A DNA stretch of 58,767 nucleotides from a virus: positions 1-58,767 of IMG/VR virus record IMGVR_UViG_3300021057_000002; one strand, 5' to 3'. Of this stretch, positions 51,690-58,128 are shown one piece after another. How positions within the stretch are numbered: position 1 is the first letter of the stretch; every line of letters starts with the position of its first letter. Both the position numbers and the translations under genes were made by a program. The notes beneath the pieces were generated by a model. The model did no database searches. It was not told where the DNA came from and saw only the letters and a list, made by a program, of their open reading frames with translations.

Positions 51690-52558
51690 GGCAGACCTCC
51701 GTCGAGCCGCTCGATGTGGCGGATTTGCGTGGACTGCTGGGCTCCGCGGCGCGACCGGTGATCGTCAATCGCCTTGCGTAGCCAGTTGCGCCAACGCGAG
51801 TTCCAGTCTTTTGCGGTCTTCCCCCCGGCCTTTTCCCAGTCGCGCATCCGGTCGAGCTCGCGAGCTGGACTAATCCCGACGTCGATGGCTTCCTGCTCGA
51901 TGGCGCGGTTCACCTCCGAGCGCTCGGGCTTCCAATCGTCCGGGAGCCTCTGCGCTCGTGCTCGCTGTTTCCCGACGTCTCCAGCGTACCTGTCGCACTT
52001 TTCTCGAAGTTCCGCCGAATGTTTCGGGTCAGCTTTCGGCAAATCTCCCCCCGAAAGGGGGGATAAAGGGGGGATCTCTGATCTCTTCTCTTCTGATCTA
52101 ATCTGATCTAATGCGTCACGGTCCGTCACCGTGACGTTTGGTGACGTTTGTGACGTCACGCTGTCGTCACTCGTTATCGGAGTGACGTCCTGTGACGTTG
52201 GTTTTGGCGATAGACCTTCTCGCCACTTACGAGTCCGCTCGGCGCCGGTTGCAGGTCGCTTGCCCCATTCGTCCTCCCAGCCAATGATTCGCCATCCACG
52301 GCCTTCGCGAGCTATTAGCTGCGCGGATTCGGCCCTTGCGATGCCGTCGGCTGCTTCGGCCTCGGTCATCATGAGCTGGTCGGCAATGAACCACGGGTCA
52401 AGGATCCCTTCAGGCAAGTAGCCCGGGACGGGATTGGTAGGATCTGCATTGCGCCGTAACGCGAACAAAAACACTTCGCGAGCGTTCCGCCCTCCTTTGC
52501 GGATCTTTGGGTGGCTGTCGAGATTCGACGCCACTTTGCACCAGTGGCCCTGTGTCAC
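51686..52558 (-). CDS. Replication initiator / replisome organiser carrying the origin iterons
   Basis: ORF track 290 aa. It lies upstream of and overlaps dnaB. The iteron cluster sits in its central linker. The C-terminus LPDDWKP...DWNSRWRNWLRKA is a motif I recall from phage replication proteins. Confidence 0.65.
   Translation of the reverse strand: MTQGHWCKVASNLDSHPKIRKGGRNAREVFLFALRRNADPTNPVPGYLPEGILDPWFIADQLMMTEAEAADGIARAESAQLIAREGRGWRIIGWEDEWGKRPATGAERTRKWREGLSPKPTSQDVTPITSDDSVTSQTSPNVTVTDRDALDQIRSEEKRSEIPPLSPLSGGDLPKADPKHSAELREKCDRYAGDVGKQRARAQRLPDDWKPERSEVNRAIEQEAIDVGISPARELDRMRDWEKAGGKTAKDWNSRWRNWLRKAIDDHRSRRGAQQSTQIRHIERLDGGLP
52046..52198. other. Putative origin of replication (iterons inside the initiator gene)
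   Basis: Hairpin TCCCCCC-GAAA-GGGGGGA at 52046-52063 and a second GGGGGGA at 52068-52074. TCTGATCT occurs three times (52077, 52092, 52102). Nine GTGACG/CGTCAC hexamers lie in 52114-52197, many 10 bp apart. There is a local GC dip. Confidence 0.65.
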
Positions 52559-53232
52559 CGATTGGCCTCTCGAGCGCGCACAAGAACGCCGGCGACATCA
52601 GGCCGTCGGTAGTTGGGGCCCTTCTGAACTTTTCCATCCGCCCGCCGCCCACCTCCAGACTTGGTCATATTCGAGCGATGCACTTCGTCGAACACCTCGG
52701 CCAGCGGGATCCCCCACGTGATCGCCGCGCCGATGATGACGTAGGTCAGATCCGCGAGCGCATCGGCCACGCCAACCGCGGAGCCAGCGGACAGCGCCTC
52801 GCGCAACTCGTCGAGCTCTTCCTCGATCAGCGCGACCCGAAGTTGTGGCTCGCGACTGATGTCCAGCGTCGACGAGTCGACGATCCCCATCGCCGCGTGG
52901 AACGCGCGTACCTGGGCGATCGCACCAGCGAGCGGCAACTCGCCTTGAAGGCGCGCCACCTCGGCTCGTAGCCGACGAATATCGTAGAGCAGGTACCAGG
53001 TTTGATCCTGGCTCTCCTGCAGCGCCTCTACGATGAAGTCGCGCGGGTCGGTCGCGAGATCGAGTCGGCCGTGTTTTTGATGCCCGCCCTCGGCCTTGGT
53101 GACGAGTTCGAGCAAGGAATCGCGGACGTCGGGTCCGAGCGCGTAGAGGCGCCTGGCGAGATCTTGCTCGCGATCGGGCTCGCTGGCCGGTTCGGATGCA
53201 CGTTTCGTGTGCACGTCGTTTTGTCTCGACAT
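52555..53232 (-). CDS. MazG-like nucleoside triphosphate pyrophosphohydrolase
   Basis: ORF track 225 aa. The C-terminal half LIEEELDELREA...VADALADLTYVIIGAAITWGIPL...VHRSNMTK...DGKVQKGPNYRRPD matches the phage MazG-like signature from memory. Confidence 0.7.
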   Translation of the reverse strand: MSRQNDVHTKRASEPASEPDREQDLARRLYALGPDVRDSLLELVTKAEGGHQKHGRLDLATDPRDFIVEALQESQDQTWYLLYDIRRLRAEVARLQGELPLAGAIAQVRAFHAAMGIVDSSTLDISREPQLRVALIEEELDELREALSAGSAVGVADALADLTYVIIGAAITWGIPLAEVFDEVHRSNMTKSGGGRRADGKVQKGPNYRRPDVAGVLVRAREANR

Positions 53233-53390
53233 GTGATTCCACCCAAAGTTGTACAGACGGACTTGTCAGGCGAGAAACGTGGTGGACTCGGCGCGAGTTG
53301 CACGCGCAGCGCTCGGATGCGATGCGAACGTAGGTCAGGGGATTAGCCTGGAGACCGAGCGCGTCTCTGTGCGAGTCCGTAAAGCGGTGG

Positions 53391-53777
53391 CTAGCGGGGG
53401 ACCTCCTGTAGGAACTCGCGGCCTGCGTCGCCGAAGCGGTCGGCGAGCCGACGCTCGATCTCCGCGAGTCGCTCCTCAGCAGAGCGCGTCTTGACCGGCT
53501 GCGGTGGCTCGAATCCCACGCTTGGGCATGTGATCGAGAACCACTCGCGACGCATCGCTTCGCCCACCATCAAGAGCAGCGTTGCGATCCACTCGGCCTT
53601 CACGCTCTTGCGCTCACGCTCGAGGAGCGCGTCGGTCAATGTACTGGGCGCGATGTCGAGCTCGCCTGCAACGTGTTTGTGACCGAGCACGTCAACGGCT
53701 CGTCGAACCCACGCGAGTTGGCGTTGCCATAGGTCTCTGCCGGCATGGGCCGGGCTGTAGGTCAACGCTAACTGCAT
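53391..53777 (-). CDS. HTH regulator, first gene of the leftward early block
   Basis: ORF 53391..53906 trimmed to ATG 53777. HTH-like segment HVAGELDIAPSTLTDAL. Confidence 0.5.
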   Translation of the reverse strand: MQLALTYSPAHAGRDLWQRQLAWVRRAVDVLGHKHVAGELDIAPSTLTDALLERERKSVKAEWIATLLLMVGEAMRREWFSITCPSVGFEPPQPVKTRSAEERLAEIERRLADRFGDAGREFLQEVPR

Positions 53778-53860
53778 GGAATCTCCGTGCGGTTCGTTGC
53801 GCGACCGTGTTCCGCACCATTCCGCAGGCAATTCAGCGGGCGCGGATTTACGATCTCGAC

Positions 53861-54286
53861 ATGCGATGGGTGATTGCAGCGGCGCTGGCAGTTGGCTTCT
53901 TGCCAAGCGCCGAAGCGGAGCGGATGAAATCGCCGACCGGCGAGATCAAGGACGTGCCGGCGGAGAGCGTCGAGTTCGCTCGACGGGAGGGGTGGTCCAG
54001 CGTTCCAGTAGTGCTGTTCCGCCGACCGGACGGCGATGTGATTCAGGTGTACGAAGACGACCAGGCGTACGCGCTCAATATGGGCTACTGGAAAATGACG
54101 GACGCCGAGGTCTCCGCTTTTTGGAGCAAGCGCGCGCAACGCGATGTTGCGGAGGTCGCCGCCGAAGTTGAAGCCCAAAAGGCGGCCGACCAGCGAACGC
54201 TCATCTACTGGGCGATCGGTATCGCGCTCGCAGGTGTCGCCGCCTGGATCGTGTGGCAGACGATAAACCTCCGGCGGGCGAAGTGA
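53861..54286 (+). CDS. Signal-peptide protein with a C-terminal TM anchor (superinfection-exclusion candidate)
   Basis: ORF 53582..54286 trimmed to ATG 53861. Leader MRWVIAAALAVGFLPSAEA and C-terminal TM LIYWAIGIALAGVAAWIVW. Confidence 0.55.
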   Translation: MRWVIAAALAVGFLPSAEAERMKSPTGEIKDVPAESVEFARREGWSSVPVVLFRRPDGDVIQVYEDDQAYALNMGYWKMTDAEVSAFWSKRAQRDVAEVAAEVEAQKAADQRTLIYWAIGIALAGVAAWIVWQTINLRRAK

Positions 54287-54288
54287 CG

Positions 54289-54558
54289 TCACGCGGCCAC
54301 CTCTTGTTTTTGCGGCGGCAGGTGCCAACTCGACGCCGGCACGGCGCCGTTGGTGAGCATCTCGATGCGGACCATCCAGCGTCCGCCAGGCGTTCGCTTG
54401 CCATTCTCGAACTTTCCGTACGTCGACGGATCTAGATTGAACAGCCTGGACGCCTCGACCTGGTGCATCTCGCCGCGCCACTGGCGGAGAAGCTGCGCGC
54501 CGCGGCTCGTGGCTTTCCTGCGTACAGGCACGAGTCTTTCGTTACCACCGCTCGACAA
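54289..54558 (-). CDS. Cro/YdaS-like HTH protein
   Basis: ORF track 89 aa with a TTG start (GTG 54531 is the alternative). QVEASRLFNLDPSTYGKFENGKRTP...IEMLTNGAV fits the Cro/YdaS-type HTH pattern. Confidence 0.6.
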   Translation of the reverse strand: MSSGGNERLVPVRRKATSRGAQLLRQWRGEMHQVEASRLFNLDPSTYGKFENGKRTPGGRWMVRIEMLTNGAVPASSWHLPPQKQEVAA

Positions 54559-54622
54559 ATTTGTCTAGCGGGTTGCGCTTTACTGACAGGCGTTGCGCGT
54601 TGCGCAACCATGCAAGTTGCGA
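54554..54622. promoter_or_regulatory. Divergent operator/promoter region of the immunity switch
   Basis: Palindrome GACAAATTTGTC at 54554-54565. GTTGCGC occurs at 54572, 54592 and 54599; the last forms the palindrome GTTGCGCAAC. GTTGCGA occurs at 54616. Confidence 0.5.
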
Positions 54623-55002
54623 TGGCGACAACAAATACAACCGAACAAATTCTTGTACAAAACCTCGTTCGCTTCCGTAAGGAGGCGGGCATGAGCCAAG
54701 AGCAGGCGTCCGACCTGAGTGGCATCCCGGTGGCGAACATCAGCCGCTATGAACGAGGTGAGAGCGGCGTTCCTGCCGACGTTCTGGCGCAACTCGCTCC
54801 AGTCTACGGGCACGATCCGGGCGACTTCTTCAAGAAAGATCCGCCGCCACGGAAGGTGGCCAACGTGGACATGGTCTTTCTCAAGATGCACCCGGACGTC
54901 GAGGACCTGCCCGAGGACGCCGTCAACGAGATCCTCAAACCGGTGCGGCGTGCGATCGAAAACGCCAGCACACAGATCCGCGACCTGAAGAAGCGCAAGT
55001 AG
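54610..55002 (+). CDS. XRE-family repressor (CI/ImmR-like)
   Basis: ORF 54463..55002 trimmed to ATG 54610 (or ATG 54622). LVRFRKEAGMSQEQASDLSGIPVANISRYERGESGVP is a classic XRE HTH. Confidence 0.75.
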   Translation: MQVAMATTNTTEQILVQNLVRFRKEAGMSQEQASDLSGIPVANISRYERGESGVPADVLAQLAPVYGHDPGDFFKKDPPPRKVANVDMVFLKMHPDVEDLPEDAVNEILKPVRRAIENASTQIRDLKKRK

Positions 55003-55069
55003 GCTCCGCGGCTTCGCTCCGGATCCGGATTAACCCAAGAGATCAGACTGGTTAGATAAGCTCTTATGC

Positions 55070-55567
55070 ATGCAAGCTTCCCTAGCCGACGTAGCGAGGC
55101 GACTGCGAAGCCAGGCTGCCCTGACTGAGCCGCCCTACTCAACACACGCAATCATCGAACACGCGTTCCCCGATGCGCTGGTCACCGGCGCGGACCTACC
55201 AATGCAGGTACACGAGGCCGTGTCGCGAACCGAGACGGGCGTCGTCCTGATCTATCGACGTTCGCTGACCATCCCAGAACAGCGGGTGGCGATCGCGCAT
55301 GGCGTTGGTCACCTCGTCTTCGACATGCACCAGCACGTCACTGGGTTCGTCCGCGAGGCGTTCCGAGAGCGCCGCGCTGATGCGGTGGCGGCCGAGCTCT
55401 TGGTGCCGCTCGACGACCTAGCGCCGCGCCTCCGATGCCTGCCCTCGCGCGTTGCCCAGGAGCAGCAGATCTACCTCGACCACGTGGATGAGCTAGCCGG
55501 GCTGTTCGCGGTGCCAGCACGGCTGATTCGCGACAGAATTCGCCTCCTTATAACTTCGGCGCATTAA
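55070..55567 (+). CDS. ImmA/IrrE-family protein with a degenerate metal motif (HGVGH in place of HExxH)
   Basis: ORF track 165 aa directly downstream of the XRE repressor. VAIAHGVGHLVFD and ADAVAAELLVPLDDL match the family layout, except that the catalytic Glu is Gly. Confidence 0.65.
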   Translation: MQASLADVARRLRSQAALTEPPYSTHAIIEHAFPDALVTGADLPMQVHEAVSRTETGVVLIYRRSLTIPEQRVAIAHGVGHLVFDMHQHVTGFVREAFRERRADAVAAELLVPLDDLAPRLRCLPSRVAQEQQIYLDHVDELAGLFAVPARLIRDRIRLLITSAH

Positions 55568-55571
55568 TTAC

Positions 55572-55600
55572 TAGACAAAACTGTCGAGCGCCCTTAAAAC
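55572..55600 (+). promoter_or_regulatory. Candidate sigma70-like promoter of the rightward early operon
   Basis: TAGACA, a 17-nt spacer, then TAAAAC, in an AT-rich gap. The -10 element ends 6 nt before ATG 55607, which suggests a leaderless or near-leaderless transcript. Confidence 0.3.
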
Positions 55601-55606
55601 GGGTGC

Positions 55607-55837
55607 ATGACGATTCGCGAGCACGCACGAATCACCACCACGAAGTTCCAGGCGATCGCAGCCCCCAAGGGCCATCGGAGCTGCCAGGTCGCCACCATCC
55701 GGCCGATCGCCGTCCTCCCCGAGTACACGGTCGCGCAGTACGCCTGCGAGTGCGGGTTCCCGGCCGCGAGCCGGGTGCAACTGACGCAGCACCACGAGAT
55801 CGTCCGACTGATCACGGGCCTCGCGGAGGCAGCGTAG
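55607..55837 (+). CDS. Hypothetical protein
   Basis: ORF track 76 aa; first gene after the AT-rich gap. Confidence 0.55.
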   Translation: MTIREHARITTTKFQAIAAPKGHRSCQVATIRPIAVLPEYTVAQYACECGFPAASRVQLTQHHEIVRLITGLAEAA

Positions 55838-56185
55838 ATGCCGACCCTCAAGGTGTGGATCACCAAGAATCCGACGGCGCTCCAGGATCTCGCCGAGTAC
55901 CTGGCGGCCGAGGGCTCGGATCACTGGGCAGTCAGCGACATCGACGTCCGTGATCTGGCGCGCGCCTACCTCCAGTGCATGGACGAGGCCCAGCACGAGC
56001 GCGAGCGACGGATCCGGGCCGAGCAGGATCTTCAGGCGATGGTGCTACAGGCGGCGTTCAATCGGGCAGCCGCGTGCTGCGACGAGCTCGCCTCGGTCAT
56101 GGGGCACACCGACCTGGTCGACGACGACGCGACCGGACCGACTCCGTCCAGCATCCTCGACCGACTGCGCGCGGAGGGCCTCTAG
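55838..56185 (+). CDS. Hypothetical protein
   Basis: ORF track 115 aa; TAGATG junction. Confidence 0.6.
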   Translation: MPTLKVWITKNPTALQDLAEYLAAEGSDHWAVSDIDVRDLARAYLQCMDEAQHERERRIRAEQDLQAMVLQAAFNRAAACCDELASVMGHTDLVDDDATGPTPSSILDRLRAEGL

Positions 56186-56437
56186 ATGCGCACCGTCTCC
56201 CAAGCCGTTCACGACGCAGTGCTGGTCCAGAAGGATCTCGAGGATCGCCCGGCACTGACGAGTGAGGACTGGTCGCTCTTGGGCGATCGCTGCATCCACG
56301 ACGCAATTCAGCCCTGTACAAGCGAGGAGCGCTACGCCGACTCCATCCGGCTCGCCGCCCTCTGCTACCGGAACGCGATCGACGGCTCGCTGGGACTCCG
56401 CAACATCGAATCCACACTCAAGAGCGAGGGGCTGTAG
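56186..56437 (+). CDS. Hypothetical protein
   Basis: ORF track 83 aa; TAGATG junction. Confidence 0.55.
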   Translation: MRTVSQAVHDAVLVQKDLEDRPALTSEDWSLLGDRCIHDAIQPCTSEERYADSIRLAALCYRNAIDGSLGLRNIESTLKSEGL

Positions 56438-56440
56438 CCA

Positions 56441-56830
56441 ATGCAGAAACTCACTGCAGAGACGATTACGGATGCCGACTTGCGCGCGATGATCGATGCG
56501 GCAACGGTTCGGCATCCACCCGATGACGGCGAGCGCGACGCAGCATGGGTTTGCTCGCGATGCGGCGAGCACTGCGGGTACCGCCGGAAGCGTCCACTCT
56601 ACGGCTATGACATGGCAGACGCGCACTGCTTTACCGAGAACTGTGCGGGAGGCTCGTTCTGTGCGCGAGAGGCGTTCTCGATGCGCACGCGCGACGGACG
56701 CCGGTCCGACGAAGATCGCCTGAACCGCAACGCAGCCGTGCAACTGGCAACTCGCGCGCTTGCCGGGGAGCCGTTCGCACGTTCGCTCTGTGCCGAGATC
56801 CTCAATGCCCGCGCCGAAGGGAGCCGCTAG
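56441..56830 (+). CDS. Cys-rich hypothetical protein
   Basis: ORF track 129 aa with CSRCGEHC...C...C. Confidence 0.55.
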   Translation: MQKLTAETITDADLRAMIDAATVRHPPDDGERDAAWVCSRCGEHCGYRRKRPLYGYDMADAHCFTENCAGGSFCAREAFSMRTRDGRRSDEDRLNRNAAVQLATRALAGEPFARSLCAEILNARAEGSR

Positions 56831-56832
56831 CC

Positions 56833-57192
56833 ATGGTCACCGCCCTCAAGCCCCAGCCGGCGATCCGCTTCGAGTATCAGCGCCACCTCTCGCTCTCCGA
56901 GAACGTCTGGCTGCACCGCTGGACCTGCGGATCCTGCGGCCGAGTGTCGGTCTACGTCTCCTCGCGTGAGGCGGCGGAGCGGACCGCGCGGCTTCACGAG
57001 CGGTACTGCGAGCGCCCGTTCGATCGTCCGCCGCCGAAGATCTCCCCGGTTGCCAGTAAGCCGCGCTGCCGGTTCTGCGGACTTCGCCAGGTGGGCCACT
57101 ACGGGGAGGCGTTTACGACAACGTGTGGACACAGCGAGTGCCTGTGCAGCGAGCACATGCACGAGCACATGCACGCAGGAGATCAGCGATGA
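56833..57192 (+). CDS. Cys/His-rich hypothetical protein
   Basis: ORF track 119 aa with CGSC...CRFC...CGHSECLC and HMHEHMH. Confidence 0.55.
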   Translation: MVTALKPQPAIRFEYQRHLSLSENVWLHRWTCGSCGRVSVYVSSREAAERTARLHERYCERPFDRPPPKISPVASKPRCRFCGLRQVGHYGEAFTTTCGHSECLCSEHMHEHMHAGDQR

Positions 57193-57533
57193 GCAACAAA
57201 GACATCAGTATCAACGAGGCGATTGCCAACCTCGCCGAGGCGCTGAGTGTATCCAATGTCAAAGACCTCCCCGGCTGCTGGGAGTGTAAGGTTGACGATC
57301 GCTGGTGGTTCGCGATCAACGCGCACACCACGCCGAAGGCCGTCAAGCTGTCGCCGAGCGGCGTTGCGCACAAGGTCGACCCGTTCCACTGCTACGTGGA
57401 GTTCAACGGCTGGCCTGCGGGCGTCTTCCATCTCGCGGGCGGCGGCGAATTCGCACAGGGCACCGAGGCGAACGAGGACGCGTTCATTGATGCGCTCGTG
57501 GCCGCGGCCGAACGAGCACGGAGAAAATCGTGA
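57189..57533 (+). CDS. Hypothetical protein
   Basis: ORF 57123..57533 trimmed to ATG 57189 (ATGA overlap). Confidence 0.55.
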   Translation: MSNKDISINEAIANLAEALSVSNVKDLPGCWECKVDDRWWFAINAHTTPKAVKLSPSGVAHKVDPFHCYVEFNGWPAGVFHLAGGGEFAQGTEANEDAFIDALVAAAERARRKS

Positions 57534-57727
57534 ACGTCGACGACATCATGCGCATCGTCTACGCGCCCGGCTTCGATCCATGGGATCTCGACGCGCCGAT
57601 GTGCCGCGCGCTGGTCGACGAGATCATCCGGCTGCAAGGCGCCTTGGAGCAAGAGCGGGCGCTCAACGCGATGCCGGTGGAGAGCAGGGTGTCGCTCGAC
57701 ATCTTGCGCAGCGCAGGACTCCTCTAG
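57530..57727 (+). CDS. Hypothetical small protein
   Basis: ORF track 65 aa; GTGA overlap. Confidence 0.5.
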   Translation: MNVDDIMRIVYAPGFDPWDLDAPMCRALVDEIIRLQGALEQERALNAMPVESRVSLDILRSAGLL

Positions 57728-57729
57728 TC

Positions 57730-58128
57730 ATGACTACCAAACAACGACTGGCCCACTTGGAGCGCGAGCTCAAGCTCGCACAGGAAGAGGCCCAGCGGCT
57801 GCGCGCAGCGCTCGACCAAGAGGTTCAACGCAGAAAGCGCGACGCGGAGACGTATCACGCGGCCGCGCAGCACGAGCGCAAGACCTACCGCAAGGCTCAG
57901 GAGAGACTCGTCGATCAGGCGAGGACTCTGCGCAAGATCATCGACGGACTGTTGGACCGGCTGGCGCCCTCCTCGCAGGAGAGCCCCTGGACTGTGCACG
58001 CAACCGCAGACGGTCCATGGCTCGCGCAGTACGCAGAGGAGTTCGGGCGCGACATCGCAGCGCAACGTCTGGCACGCGAGGCTTCGCAGACTGCGGCAAA
58101 GGCGTCAGCCAAGGAGAAAGCGCCTTGA
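57730..58128 (+). CDS. Coiled-coil hypothetical protein
   Basis: ORF 57247..58128 trimmed to ATG 57730. Confidence 0.55.
   Translation: MTTKQRLAHLERELKLAQEEAQRLRAALDQEVQRRKRDAETYHAAAQHERKTYRKAQERLVDQARTLRKIIDGLLDRLAPSSQESPWTVHATADGPWLAQYAEEFGRDIAAQRLAREASQTAAKASAKEKAP

Noticed and set aside
55018-55029. Whether the palindrome TCCGGATCCGGA after the repressor gene is a terminator.
   Set aside because: It would give only a minimal stem with no loop or U-tract, and it could easily arise by chance in GC-rich DNA. I kept it as a note only.
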